Shown: positions 43,805 to 59,632, numbered from the stretch's first letter. The stretch: 64,000 nt of DNA from Eledone cirrhosa (GCA_964016885.1 OZ024756.1:31992001-32056000), one strand, 5' to 3'. Notes: generated from the letters alone by a model not told the origin. Numbers and translations are program-made.

Positions 43805-44063
43805 GAATTTCCTATTTCAGTAGCGTATCTTGGCCAATAGGGTTTCTAGTGCTTCATCCATGCATATGTTTCGTTGTTTATTGTTTTAGCCTAGTGTCTA
43901 TGGTGGTGAGTAAGGAGGTAGCTCTAGGGCCAAAGAGACAAGAAGTCTCCACTAATAGGGGCTCGACTGCAAACCTGTCGGAGAGCGGCCGATATTTGGA
44001 GAGTTTACCCTCCTCAGCCCGAAGTGCAGCAGAGTGGGCTAGTTGCCAGACTGCATCAAGTAG

Positions 44064-44066
<3 letters not shown>
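43805..44066 (-). pseudogene. CRE-like non-LTR restriction-like endonuclease C-terminal fragment
   Basis: AALRAEEGKLSKYRPLSDRFAVEPLLVETSCLFG matches the AAxxAExxKxxKY...FxPxxVETxG pattern. Confidence 0.7.
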
Positions 44067-45082
<1,016 letters not shown>

Positions 45083-45819
45083 GTATATATATATATATAT
45101 ATATTATCTACCCTTAGTAAAACTACATCAGTTTTCTTCATAGTTAGTAGTACTTATAGGTTACCGAAACAGGATTATATTGAGTATAGTCTATTTTGAG
45201 ATTACTCCCAGCCAACCAGATCGATTAAAACTATTAAATATTGGTCTTTTTACTAAGCATACACAGATCATGCGTTTAAACAGTGAAGTAATACAGATGC
45301 AATTATAACTAATTCTGTATATTGTTAGCAGCTATGCTTTAGGCTTGTTTAGGTTAGAATATATCAGTTTAGCAGTATTTCCATTAAAGATTATTTAGTA
45401 TTAATGTTGAAAGGAGACATTTTTTCTAAGTAAAGAAAAACATATGAGTATACCTGTATGAAATTTTATATTATACGAAGGATTATAGTAAAAAATATGT
45501 TTAGATCTTTTCTATTATTGTTTTCTATCATTCTATAAGAATGCTGAATGTGGAATATCTTTTCAAAATACTATGAAAATTTCAGTAAGATTTGTTTTGC
45601 CGAAAATACTTGATAAACGTATTTATATATGTTATAGTAAATAACGGTGGATGTCTCAAGACTGATTAAGTAATCTATTTTATGTAAAGCCTTGTTTGGT
45701 TCACGAGAAAATAACATTAGGAAAGGATTTGCCTAACTGTAGCAATGCTAATATAGTTATAGGTGTGATATATAATCCATTCTAGCAAAATATATGAGGA
45801 TATTCTATAATTTAATCTT

Positions 45820-46010
45820 ATGAATGTATGTATGTATGTATGTATGTATGTATGTATGTATGTATGTATGTATGTATGTGAATGTATGTATGTATGTATG
45901 TATGTATGTATGTATGTATGTATGTATGTATGTATGTATGTATGTATGTATGTATGTGAATGTATGTATGTATGTATGTATGTATGTGAATGTATGTGTG
46001 CATGTATGTA
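45820..46010. repeat. (TATG)n microsatellite
   Basis: Directly visible. Confidence 0.95.
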
Positions 46011-46228
46011 CTCACCAACCTATCTATCTATTTATCGATCAATTTCTATGCATACGCACATAATACATACATATATTTACATATATAATGAGCCTGAAAA
46101 GTGACATCCCTTCAGTTAGTTGTTCTGCAGCGTATTAAAACCATAACATTATTGCACTCAGAAATCTAGTAACCCTGGGCTTCGTCCGTTGGAATCATGT
46201 AATCAAAGGCATTATCATTAATCAATCA

Positions 46229-46316
<88 letters not shown>

Positions 46317-46385
46317 TATGAAGAGAGAAGAAACATTTAGATATAATTAGTAATAAAATGTATCATACCTAAACTGCTCCTAGAT

Positions 46386-46475
46386 TCCTCGACTACGTAG
46401 TTTCGTGGCATAAACAAAAACAATACATCATAAAGATATAGAGTCCCTGCGAGGTCTGCCGACTTATCAAGAGGA
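46386..46475 (-). ncRNA. Hammerhead U3-A8 (family B)
   Basis: Reverse strand TCCTC-TTGATAA-GTcGGCA...TGCCAC-GAAAC-TACGTA-GTC-GAGGA. Confidence 0.8.
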
Positions 46476-46773
46476 TACCTCATTTTACTAGTCTCAAGAA
46501 CGCGTCTACACGACGTGAGAAAGAATCCCAAAAGGCGGAGGGGGAGATAGTCACGCGATATAACGGTCGAGAAACAGAGCTAAGCCTCTTATAACCCCGA
46601 AGAAAATACCACGGAGGCGGAGGGGGTATTTATATCGAAGCCGTAGAAGAGGTGGTGAAGGAGGCGAGAAGTATGAGTAATGGAAGCTTTTCAGCAGTCC
46701 CCACACTTCAAAGGTTGCTCGACCTCTTTCTCACGTCGTGTAGACGCGTTCTTGAGACTAGTAAAATGAGGTA

Positions 46774-46863
46774 TCCTCTTGATAAGTCGGCAGACCTCGC
46801 AGGGACTCTATATCTTTATGATGTATTGTTTTTGTTTATGCCACGAAACTCCGTAGTCGAGGA
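46774..46863 (+). ncRNA. Hammerhead U3-A8 (family B)
   Basis: Same fold; one substitution in the stem III palindrome (TCCGTA). Confidence 0.75.
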
Positions 46864-47102
46864 ATCTAGGAGCAGTTTAGGTATGATACATTTTATTACT
46901 AATTATATCTAAATGTTTCTTCTCTCTTCATAATGTATTTTTAACTCTGATACTGGTTCAGTCTGGTTCAACCGGATTGGTCTGTCCCAGTCATTCATTG
47001 AGCAACATCGGTGAAGTTGGCACCCTTAACTCACGGTTGGGTGCGGATGCATTCATGTATATGTGTGTGTCCGCATGTATCTGTGTGTTTCTAAATATAT
47101 TG

Positions 47103-47158
<56 letters not shown>

Positions 47159-47290
47159 GTATGCAAGGCCAATTTAGAAACTTTCATTTGCTCCGCTCTG
47201 GAATTAAATCTCGAAGCCCAATTGATAGTGATTGTCATGAAGGGAAATTGAAGGAAGATAAAAGTAAAGTAAATCAATTTATAAATAAAC

Positions 47291-47379
<89 letters not shown>

Positions 47380-47392
47380 GTATATGTATGTA

Positions 47393-47516
<124 letters not shown>

Positions 47517-47813
47517 GAGACATAAAATTTTCGAATTATTGACAGCAACTGACAAATATTGTTATTTGAGGCATAAAAACACCCAAAACAAACCAAAGAA
47601 AATAAAAGACCATAAAATAACAAAAAACAACAACAAAACGATGACAGAAAATAAACGTCGGCATTGACAGTAGTAACAACAGTTACAGAGATAACAACAA
47701 CAACAACAACAGCAAGAATCACAAAGACAAGGCAACGTTAAAAATACACTTTTTAAACGATGTTTAAAAAGTGTAGTAATAATATTTAACCAGACAAGGG
47801 AAAGTCATGTAAA

Positions 47814-48180
47814 ATAATTGTTTCTACTTTTGGCACAAAGCCAGCCATTATCCAGTACATTACTTTATCGACCCCGTAAGGATAAAAGGCAAAGTTAACC
47901 TAGACGGGATTTGAACTCACACCGTAAAGAGACGTAACTATGCTAGAAGGCATGGCGCCCAACCCTCTACCGATACTGCCAATTCGTTGCCATGTAAAAT
48001 AATTGTTTCTAATTTAGGCACAAGGCCAGCAATTAAACAGTACATTACTGGTACTTTATTTTATCGACCCCGTAAGGATGAAAGGCAAAGTTAACCTCGG
48101 CGGGATTTGAACTCAGACTGTAAAGGGACGTAACTCTATGTTATCTGACGCTCTACCGATACTGCCAAACCACCGCCTTA
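47814..48180 (-). mobile_element. Two tandem SINE family 1 copies
   Basis: Two cores; CATGTAAAATAATTGTTTCTA duplicated at ~47807 and ~47991. Confidence 0.9.
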
Positions 48181-48324
48181 ACAAGAAGAACAGCAAAAAT
48201 AATGATGAAGATAATGATGATGATGATGACGATGAGGAAATTGTAAAATGTTATAGATATACATATATATATATATATATATAGTCGTACATACATACAT
48301 ACATACATATATATATATATATAA

Positions 48325-48543
48325 GAGGAGACTGAGGTTACGACATCCAGAGTTGACATTGCACTCAGTGCTCCTGTGGGAGCCCCTACATGGACACACT
48401 GGTAGAAGAAGACCAAGGTTAACGTAAGTTGATGCCCTAAGGACAGACACTGGTCTGTTGGAGACGCAGGACATGGCAGGGATAATGAGGGACAGAGACC
48501 GCTGGAGAGAACTCGTCCATGGATCTCGGGAATTTTACCTCGG

Positions 48544-48546
<3 letters not shown>
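48325..48546 (+). pseudogene. RTE-clade LINE 3' end
   Basis: [27 protein letters not shown]...[11 protein letters not shown]; typical RTE C-terminus. Confidence 0.8.
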
Positions 48547-48577
<31 letters not shown>

Positions 48578-48578
48578 A

Positions 48579-48697
<119 letters not shown>

Positions 48698-48753
48698 GTA
48701 GTGAAATAAGATAACAAGGACGATTGGTTACCCCTTCATTACGTTTATTGGTT

Positions 48754-48838
48754 GGTGACACGCGTTTCGCCACTGATCAGCTCAAGGTTCGATCTGTATC
48801 GATCTGACCTGACTCTGAAAACCGCAGCTCGTCAGACC
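48754..48838 (-). ncRNA. Long-stem-II type I hammerhead
   Basis: Reverse strand: GGT-CTGACGA-GCTGC...GTGGC-GAAAC-GCGT-GTC-ACC, then AATAAACGTAATG as at ~63921. Confidence 0.75.
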
Positions 48839-49483
48839 CCTTGTTTTGTTAATGGAAGAATGAATACATGCTGTATGCTAAAGTCATAAGTTCCAATGGT
48901 GGTCATTAAAGTTTGTTTTGATTGAGGATTAGTTCATAGGGATGTTTTTGCCTGTAGCATACATGTGTGTACTTGATGAAAAGTTGGTGGTGTCGTTCGG
49001 AGGTTGAAGTGGGCGGTGGTGTGGGGTGGCTAGCTTGGCATGTAGATGTGGCTGATTTTTGTGTGTGGTGTTGTTGTTTGTGATAAAGATGAAAGGTTGC
49101 AGTGTTCATGGCGGTGTGTTGATTGTGTTCGTGGTTCCATTTTCATAAAGCGATACATATATAGATACGCTAAGCCTGACAAATACGTTGTATAGATGCA
49201 CATGTGTGTGTATATATATATATAGAGAGAGAGGGAGAGCCAGTGGGGTTGGCGTTTATACAAATATACTTACATACAGACACACACATGCGTTGTTTAG
49301 GGAGGGATGATATGTGTTGGTGATGTTGTTGGTTGTGAAAACTGATATAACACACAGAGCAACATTCACAAGCACATAAATATTAAACTCCGAACGATAT
49401 ATATAATATATATATATATATAATATACATATATATATATACAAATAGATAATATATATGTTTATATATATCAACATTGTTTA

Positions 49484-49883
49484 TAACTCCCTACGGTAGA
49501 GTAACCACTGAAGTATAGTGACTGCTGTTAAGCTTACACTAATCACACTTCTAGCCCTCCTAGCCAACTCTTCTACGGCCTTGACATAAATACCCCCTCC
49601 GCCTTTTGTGGCATTTTTCTCTTGGTTGTAAGAGGCTTAGCTCTGTTTGTTGACCGCTGTATTACGTGATAAAATCCCCCTCCGCCTTTTGGGATTCTAT
49701 CTCGCGTCCTACGGACGTGTTTTGAAACTTTAAATGAGGTATCCTCTTGATAAGTCGGCAAACCTCACAAAAATACTGCATCTCTATAATGTAATGTTTT
49801 TGCATAATAGCCACGAAACTACGTAGTCGAGGATAATGAAGGAATTTAGGTATATTATATATTTTTATTTATATCTAATGTTT
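49484..49883 (+). mobile_element. Diverged family B copy
   Basis: Colinear with the 591-nt unit (ATAACTCCCT...CCCCCTCCGCC x2...ATAATGTAT) with many substitutions. Confidence 0.8.
49741..49834 (+). ncRNA. Hammerhead U3-A8 (diverged family B)
   Basis: ATCCTC-TTGATAA-GTcGGC...GCCAC-GAAAC-TACGTA-GTC-GAGGAT; core intact, stem II interior diverged. Confidence 0.8.
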
Positions 49884-49902
49884 CTTCTTTCTTTATAATG
49901 TA

Positions 49903-49978
<76 letters not shown>

Positions 49979-49983
<5 letters not shown>

Positions 49984-50174
49984 AACGATGTAGGACCCCG
50001 ACGGCTGAGCTCAAGCCGTTTCGACGGGTAATTCTGGACAGAATTAGCCGTCGAAACGGCTTGAGCTCAACCGTCGGGGTCCTACTGGTTCCTATTACCC
50101 ACTCTACTACCCTAAGTATTGAGTACTTTGGTGCGTTATGGTCCACCTGGTTCCTTACCACATTTCCTTCGTTA
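49979..50174 (+). mobile_element. Family A fold-back element
   Basis: Inverted arm then direct arm with tail; (TA)n on both sides. Confidence 0.8.
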
Positions 50175-50192
50175 TATATATATATATGTGTG

Positions 50193-50224
<32 letters not shown>

Positions 50225-50225
50225 G

Positions 50226-50321
<96 letters not shown>

Positions 50322-50425
50322 TATAAGAGAAAACACAGGTAAGCATTAAGAGAAGGATTTTATCCAGGTATTTACGACCGTTTCATTGGTAAGTGCACAC
50401 CTTATATTGCTATACTACATCTAAC

Positions 50426-50540
<115 letters not shown>

Positions 50541-50591
50541 TCATCATCATCATCATCATCGGTTAACGGCAGTCTTCCACGCCAGCATAGG

Positions 50592-50650
<59 letters not shown>

Positions 50651-51067
50651 ATATATACTCAGATACTCATGGGAATACAAACGTATACACATATGCATAT
50701 ACACATATATAAACCCACAAGCACAGACATATATACACACAAAACAAACACGACCCTCACTTCCGCAAAACAATCACAAATAATGATAGATTGTCAGGTA
50801 ATGAATTATAATAGATTTACTTTACTCATCTTCATATTTTATTGTTTCCTTATGGTTACTAAACATATTTTGTATTGTTTCTTTATTGTTACTAAACATT
50901 TAAAAAAAAAAAGAGTATTGTCTTTTTCTATCGACATAAAATTTAAATTTATACTTCATATTATCAGTTACGAATGGATATTTTTCTTGTATTCACGACA
51001 GCAAGTAAATAAAGTTAAAGCGCTATATAGAAATTTATATAGATGATAAATGAAATGTTTTTATTTA

Positions 51068-51570
51068 GGGAAGAATCGCTGGGCAGATTTTACAAGTAAG
51101 ATCAAACCAGCACTGGCAGGAAACCCCCGATTAGTCCCTGAGCAAGATGGTTGGATAACATATTCAAAAAAGAATCGCTGGGCATATTTTACCGGCAAAA
51201 CCAACCAGCACCGGCAGGAAACCCGAGTATAGGTCCCTGAGCAAGATGGTTGGATAACATCTTGGATAACTGGTCTCACTTTGAGATCCAGCCCGGATCA
51301 GTTGGCAACGGTTGCTTCCGGCAGGGCAAGCTGGAAGGATTATTTGAGGACTCTGCCCCTACCCATAAACCTCTCAAGTATAAGCAGGCGAAGAAGAAGA
51401 AGAAGAAGAAGAAGAAGAAAAAGAAGAGAAAAAGAAGAAGAAGAAGAAAAAGAAGAAGAAAAAGAAAAAGAAGAAGAAGAAGAAGAAGAAGAAGAAGAAG
51501 AAGAAGAAAAAGAAGAAGAAAAAGAAGAAGAAGAAGAAGAAGAAGAAGAAGAAGAAGAAGAAGAAGAAGA
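51068..51570 (+). pseudogene. RTE (Rex3/Expander-like) 3' end with ~100-bp internal tandem duplication and (AAG)n tail
   Basis: RIAGQIL...WLDNILDNW...ATVASGRASWKDYLRTLP across frames; overlaps in sequence with 53210-53295. Confidence 0.75.
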
Positions 51571-51695
51571 CGGTGTTAGACACGACACATACGAGTATAG
51601 TGAGTTCTTGTCTAATGTGATATCAGTAATTTTATATCTGTAAGAAAACTTGCTTCACACACACACACACATATATATATATATGTATATATAAG

Positions 51696-51803
<108 letters not shown>

Positions 51804-51932
51804 TATATATATATGTATATATACACATATATACATAAATATATATATATATAATATATATATAAAATATATACATATCTCTCTCTCTCTCTTTCTAACA
51901 CACACATTCACACACACACACACACACACACG

Positions 51933-52016
<84 letters not shown>

Positions 52017-52387
52017 TGAAATAAATATATAAACATATATACATATATATACATATATGAAATAAATATATATATAATATATGCATGCATGAAATTAAAT
52101 TAGAAAAAAAGTATTTGTGTATTTTGTTGAAGTAGATGTGGCAAATATGATTATTTTCAAATGCGCTCTGACGTTTGCGTCTTGTATGAAATATGAATGA
52201 TACAAAACATGTAACTGGCGCAGGTGTAATTTAATAACGCTGAAACATTTTTTACTATTAAAATCGATGTGTTACATATTAAAGCACTTTTCTGACGTTT
52301 ATCACATGTAGTATATCTGTCAGGGAATATTAACACATACTTTTATTTCAAATTCAGCATTCGTGCCAACCTTTACCTAAAAGTCTA

Positions 52388-52500
52388 ATGTCTGTCTTAA
52401 GCTAGAAGGCTCATTTGTCTGGTGCTTATCCCGGTTTCATGACGTGACGCGACTGAGAGTACAAGACTCACCCCTCGACAGGACGCCTGTCCATCACAGC
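52388..52500 (-). mobile_element. SINE family 2, 3' fragment
   Basis: GTCTGTCTTAAGC...ATCCCGGTTTCATG...GAGTACAAGACTC, as in 52730-52830. Confidence 0.8.
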
Positions 52501-52729
52501 TATTTTAATAATATTAAAAATAATAATGATAAAAATATAACCAATCTTATCTTTGTTAAATATTTACATATTCATAAATCGTGATTCTAGACAAGGAACA
52601 TTTACTTTGGGATGTTTAAGAATATATAAAGATAAGCTGGGCAAAGACAAGGATGTGACATGAAGATGTTTTTGCTGGCATCCGTTTAGTTTGGGGTTCG
52701 ATTCTATTAAGTTGTATCCTAAATTTAAA

Positions 52730-52988
52730 GTCTGTCTTAAGCCAGAAAGCTCGTAAGGGTGGTGTTTATCCCGGTTTCATGAAGTGAAGCGAGTACAAGA
52801 CTCCACCGCTGGAGAGGACGCCAGTCCATCGCAGCGTTCAAACCCCAGCTATTGTTGGTACTCATTTTCAGCTGAGTACAATGGAACAACGTGAAATGAA
52901 ATAAAGTGTTTTGATCAACCCAGGATTCGAACCCACGACATTATGATCGTAACTCCAACACCCTTACCACTAGGCCACGTGCCTCCAC
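52730..52988 (-). mobile_element. SINE family 2
   Basis: Head GTGGAGGCACGTGGCCTAGTGG and B box GGTTCGAATCC on the reverse strand. Confidence 0.9.
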
Positions 52989-52989
52989 G

Positions 52990-53295
52990 AACCTTTACCT
53001 ATGGTCATGAATCTTGGCTAATGACCGAAAGCATACGACTGCGAATACAAGCAACCGAAATGGGATTCCTCCGAAGGGTATATGAAGTAAAAGTTATTCG
53101 ATAGAGTGCGTAGCTCCCGGTCACTCTAGGTAGAGCCTCTACTTCTCCAAATTGAGAGATCACAGCGTCGGTGTGTGTTAGAATGCAGGCATATGGTTAG
53201 AATGTCTCAGGAAAGAATCGCTGGACAGATTTTTCCAGCAAAACCAACCGACAGGAGATTCAGCGGTAGACCACGAGAAAAATGGTTCGATAACT
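52990..53295 (+). pseudogene. RTE LINE post-RT domain fragment
   Basis: FTYGHESWLMTESIRLRIQATEMGFLRRV...HMVRMSQERIAGQIFPAKP...GRPREKWFD with frameshifts. Confidence 0.85.
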
Positions 53296-53391
53296 AAATA
53301 TAATAATAAGGCCAGCAATTTTGGGAGGGTGTGTTTGTGGGGAAGGAGTCATTCGATTAAATCAACGTTAGTAATTGTATATATATATATA

Positions 53392-53438
<47 letters not shown>

Positions 53439-53473
53439 TTGAAAATTGCAAACTTGACTGTCACCACAGAATA

Positions 53474-53512
53474 TGAACCTGAAGATTGCGAAAGCATGAA
53501 AGTACTTGTTCA
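53474..53512 (+). ncRNA. Minimal 39-nt type I hammerhead
   Basis: TGAAC-CTGAAGA-tTGCgaaaGCAt-GAAA-GTAC-TT-GTTCA; palindrome AGTACT; lies in a ~190-bp island between (TA)n tracts. Confidence 0.75.
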
Positions 53513-53669
53513 ATTAACACTTAACATTTAATATTCTACCATACTATTTCATTCTAATACCATTATAATTTTAAAGGATTGTAAATAAAACGAGTAAATC
53601 AGACAAAGTTGGAATTCCTTTTATTAATATATATATATATGTATATATATATATGTGTGTGGGTGTATA

Positions 53670-53728
<59 letters not shown>

Positions 53729-53867
53729 ATATAAACATATATATTTATATATAAATATATATATATGCATATATTTATTAAAATAACAGATTAAAGTTTA
53801 AGCAAAGAATCGCTGCTTTCACCCTTTGGATTTTAGTCTTCAAATTTATTATTATTACTATATACAA

Positions 53868-53905
<38 letters not shown>

Positions 53906-54224
53906 GAGCAAAATACTAATAATTAATAAGTATATTAATGATGATAATATTAATAATAACTATGTTCAGAAAAATAAGAATAAACAAAATACAATAAAAC
54001 AGGATTTAAAATTATTTACATAGAAACAAATAAAATGCTAATTATTCTTTTTGCGTATGTATTTCATTTTATTTTCAACTGTTAATAATTTCTGCCAAAT
54101 TCTTGCACCTGCATTCGGCAGTTTATTTACCTAAAATACTCTTAACACTACAATGAATATTACTTCAACTTGAAAAGTAATTTATCACCCTATGGTAAAT
54201 ACAAATGGTAAAACTCTGATGAGA

Positions 54225-54273
<49 letters not shown>

Positions 54274-54408
54274 TATGTATACGTACATACATATATATAT
54301 ACATACAACTGTACGTCGGTACACATATATGTATGTACGTATACATACTTATATTTAGGTATCAGCCGTACTAAGAGTGAGAAATGAAATTTCGTTTCAT
54401 TCTTTTCC

Positions 54409-54452
<44 letters not shown>

Positions 54453-54610
54453 TACATATATATATGTATTTATGTATTTACACAGACAGAGGAACAATAT
54501 ACAGTATTTTACACAGAATATATATGTATACATATAATTATGTGTATGTATATATATATACATATATGTGTATGTGTGTGTATGTATATATCTATATCTA
54601 TATATCTCTA

Positions 54611-54649
<39 letters not shown>

Positions 54650-54845
54650 GGGAAAATGTTTAACACCGATGACAGAGCTCAAGCCGTTTCGACGGCTATT
54701 TGTGGCGTCAGGAAATAGCCGACGAAACGGCTTGAGCTCTGCCGTCGGGTTTCAATATTTTCCTATTACCCACTCTAATATCCTAAGTATTGAGTATTCT
54801 GGTGCGTTATGGTCCATCTGGTTCCTTACCACACCTCCTTCGTTA
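54650..54845 (+). mobile_element. Family A fold-back element (diverged)
   Basis: GACAGAGCTCAAGCCGTTTCG / CGAAACGGCTTGAGCTCTGCC arms plus the family A tail. Confidence 0.8.
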
Positions 54846-54847
54846 TA

Positions 54848-54892
<45 letters not shown>

Positions 54893-54942
54893 CATACTGT
54901 ATATACATACATACATACTATATATACATACATAAATACATA

Positions 54943-54985
<43 letters not shown>

Positions 54986-54988
54986 CAT

Positions 54989-55533
54989 ACGGCCACTACT
55001 TTATATCCATGTAGGAGAACCCCTACCGATGCGTTGCACGAGTGTGACTTGTTAGTCCAGCCAGTGACTTGAAAACTCTGGTACGAACACTACACCTGTG
55101 ACAATTATTGTCACATAGTGCTGGGCCCATGGTACCATGTGACGACAAGTGCAGAGAGATCTCCAGATATAAAGCAATGCCTGTGCCGTGGGCTTTTATA
55201 GTGAGCAAAGGCACTGCAAAAAGCCAGTCCCACTCTCTTAACCAAGATGATATTTACCAAAAAGAACAACAAGTTAACATCATTGGATACCATCGGGGTT
55301 GCAGGTGTTATATCAGAGTTTTTCCTTCTCCTAGAATTCTGCCTTGACAAAGGCTAAGGGTGATTTTGGATGGCCATTGACTCTTAAGAGGTCCTTTGCC
55401 CTTTGACAGGTTTTGTTTTTAATCCTGCAGGATGTTCAAAATCACCCTCCTCACCAAGAAACCTTGGTGGGGTTGCCAGTTTAGTCGCCAACGACCCGAC
55501 CATGAGACAGGTTGTACTGGGATACATGTTACC
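54989..55533 (-). mobile_element. Non-autonomous RTE derivative
   Basis: Reverse complement of ~35547-36105; (TACA)n flanks. Confidence 0.85.
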
Positions 55534-55561
55534 ATACATAATATATATACATACATACATA

Positions 55562-55627
<66 letters not shown>

Positions 55628-55628
55628 G

Positions 55629-55673
<45 letters not shown>

Positions 55674-55781
55674 ATACATACAGTATGTGAATGAAAAGGG
55701 AGTCATATTTAAAAAGCTTTGTAAAGTGTTGATGAAATAAATAATAAAAAAACAATGACGACCAACCATTAAATTAGTTCC

Positions 55782-55836
<55 letters not shown>

Positions 55837-56049
55837 CCGTAGAAGGCGTAGGAATGTTTAAAGTGCCGCACAGTGGGTCGGAACTGCGAACCACAGATTT
55901 GCATAGCGAAGTGTTTGACCACACATTCATATTTACGCCTACATACTCATACACGCACATGTACCTAGCCACAGACACAGAAGCGCACCACACACACACA
56001 CACACATACACATACTCACACACATATTTATATATGTATAAAGAGAGAT

Positions 56050-56149
<100 letters not shown>

Positions 56150-56476
56150 TATGTCTGTATACGATGAGTTTGTAAATAAATGTATATATGTGTGTACAAT
56201 AAATATACATGCAGTGTTGTTGGGCAAATAGAGACCGGGTGTTAAACTTGCTTCTCTCAGTAGAACAATGTGAAAAATAATTCGCTGGGGTCAGTTCCCA
56301 AGACGAAATTAAATGTATGTCTATAAAATCTACATATATGTATGATTATTTATAAACATATCCACAAACCGTGGTCTATAATAACATTCAACCAGTAGAT
56401 ATATAAATCTATATAGCATATAGATAACTGTATATATTTAGTGACAGAGGCACGCACACATATAAATACGCATACA

Positions 56477-56595
<119 letters not shown>

Positions 56596-57653
56596 TATAC
56601 TTGCTTTTATACATGCATTCATTCCCCAGACGGCATATTCTCTAAACATTATGTCAAAGCCAGACACGTAATTGAAATTATGTTTGTACATAGTTTATTG
56701 ACTTGACATAAAGTTTCTCTTGAAATCATTCAGTCAATATCCTCCATTTTGCTTTTCATTCACTTAAATCATTCACTTCACACACTCCTTCTATTAATCC
56801 ATCACCTCACTCACGCACACATACACTCACTACACACACGCATATACACTCTATATATACTGTATACACTATATATATGCTCTTATTTAGACACACTTTG
56901 CTCTGACACATACATACTCGCAAAAGCACACAGCACACATACTCGCACTATATATATGCATCATATACAGACGCACGGAGTACACATACATACACAGACA
57001 CACATACACCCAGACACAATTATAAAGACAGACAATAAATAAATATTCTGTGCATTGTTCTCCACGTTTGTACACTTGCTATCGCTTAAACTCACACCTC
57101 ATATACACAAAAAAAAAATAGATTACATCCAAGTCCCCAGATTTCATTGAATCCAAGCCAATATTGATTTCCAATAAAGACACATAGTATTTGAATGTTA
57201 GCCATTTATGGAATAACACTTTTTCGGTCTTTTTTTTATTATTTGTCTTTCAATATTGTCTTCTCTGGAACATTAACGACCGCCATCATTTAGATTAGTG
57301 ATTAACATACAACGAGCTACATGTATTGTCGTTCACAGGTTGTTTTCATAAAATGTTGGTTAGAGTTTGAGTTGGTTAGTGTTTATTCTTTTTTTATGTA
57401 TTTGCTATTTAATTTTTCTCTGCGAATATACTGAAGTGTCGTGTACCCTACATGATTTATGCAACGTAAAATGGCTTGTATAGGACTTCGTCTATGGACT
57501 TTAGATTTCTGATGAATTCGTTAGGGGTACTGCGATGATAGCCAGCGTCTCTAGGGTATCTTAGACATGGCGAAGCCTTTCAATATCTAAGATTGATCAC
57601 ATTCGATATTTTCTAGAGAAGATAGATAGAGAGAAAGATAGAGAGACAGAGAG

Positions 57654-57726
<73 letters not shown>

Positions 57727-57761
57727 AATATATATATATATAAATATACATATATATAAAT

Positions 57762-57792
<31 letters not shown>

Positions 57793-57819
57793 AATATATA
57801 TATATATAAATAAATATAT

Positions 57820-57853
<34 letters not shown>

Positions 57854-57924
57854 GTATAAATATAAATATATATATATATATTTCGTTTCTGAATTTGGCA
57901 ACTTGACCCTCCCAAAGTATAACA

Positions 57925-57993
<69 letters not shown>

Positions 57994-58002
57994 TGTGTGT
58001 GT

Positions 58003-58048
<46 letters not shown>

Positions 58049-58513
58049 GTGTGTGTGTATGTGTGTGTGTGTACGTGTGTGTGTGTGTGTGTATGTATAT
58101 ATATATAGAGAGAGAGGAGTGTTGATGGATATGGAAGACTGACTCTAGTAGTGAACTGGTACTAAATCGGAAGTTTACCGCGGCGGTATTTAAAGGTAGA
58201 ATGCTGAGAGTTGAAACGGCCTCTGCTAAACATCGTATCTGACCGGGGACGAATCTGCTAATTTGCTGTCTCATGAAGATACTACAAGTTAGTTTATGTA
58301 GCAGTAACAAATGCACGGTTACATAATATAATCTTCTTTAAGATATAAAAAAATAACAATCCATTAGAGTAACTGGGTTCCTATAAGAACATACGATTAA
58401 CCTGTGGATTATAGATGTATCATCACCAGCACCGTATATATAGTGTAACCTCACTCTCTATCTCTTTCTCTTTTTTTCTCTCACTCTCTCCCCCTCTCTC
58501 CCAACCCATCTCA

Positions 58514-58572
<59 letters not shown>

Positions 58573-58609
58573 TATATATATATTAGGTAAGACCACTGGA
58601 AGAACATTG

Positions 58610-58648
<39 letters not shown>

Positions 58649-58849
58649 AGATTTGAATGGATACAGTTTAGTTGAAAGGAATTTATTGACACGTGTTTCT
58701 ATAACAGTTACATAACCTAAAACAGCTATCTACAAACTTTTAGTTATGCAGACATTCAATATTTCAATGTTATTATTTACTGTCATTTCATCAGAATAAT
58801 ATTACTGAGGACCTATTTAGTTTTTATAGAGAATATTAGGAGGGAGGAA

Positions 58850-59224
58850 AAAAATATTATTTATAAGTGTACCATTAAATCCGGAGGCAACGAGTGGTAT
58901 TACGTGGGATCAACGTCGTTTAAATCTCGATTGTATAGGCATTCTTACTCAATAAAACACCAGAGCCAAAGAAATGTAACAACTTTAGCAGAAAAAGCTT
59001 GGACGCTCAGGGATAGCGATCAAAAGTTTACCCTAAAATGGGAAAAATTAGCTAAAACCCAAAGCTTCTCCAGGAGCCAAAATTTCTGCAAATTGTGTAA
59101 TCTTGAGATTTATTACATAATCACACACAAGAAGAAACTGCTGAATAACAGAATTGAACGAACATTATTCTGCCGTCACAGAACTAAAACCCTTTTTTCC
59201 CACTACAAGCCGAATATTACATAA
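58850..59224 (+). pseudogene. PLE GIY-YIG endonuclease domain (open frame, 5'-truncated)
   Basis: KNIIYKC...YYVGSTSFKSRLYRH...W...CKLCNLE...LLNNRIE...CRH; the frame extends upstream of the listed ORF to the inversion junction. Confidence 0.9.
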
Positions 59225-59491
59225 AAGAGGGACATCCCCCAACTCTATAAACCTTAATCTAGTTAGAAAAATATAAAAACAATCTCTTCTCAACATATAT
59301 TAATAACCTTAAATTACCATACTAATAATGAAAAGATATGCTGATGAGAATAGGTACAAATATGCGATAATGAATGTGTCTAAAAACGTCCATAAGTATG
59401 TATATATATGTGAAAATGTATATAAATAAGTAAATATATATATATGTTTGATGTGTATAGTTTGATGTAAGTGTATTCATGTATTAAAGTG

Positions 59492-59632
<141 letters not shown>

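Larger units (their letters stand above)
46314..47100. mobile_element. Family B element: minus arm 46314-46723 and plus arm 46724-47100
   Basis: Same outer ends as 25259-26542 with a different inversion point; (TA)n on both sides. Confidence 0.85.

Noticed and set aside
48900-49260. Possible decayed GIY-YIG coding sequence upstream of the 48754 HHR (also ~23340-23600 and ~44131-44185)
   Set aside because: Position fits a PLE, but the motifs are too eroded to call without a profile search.
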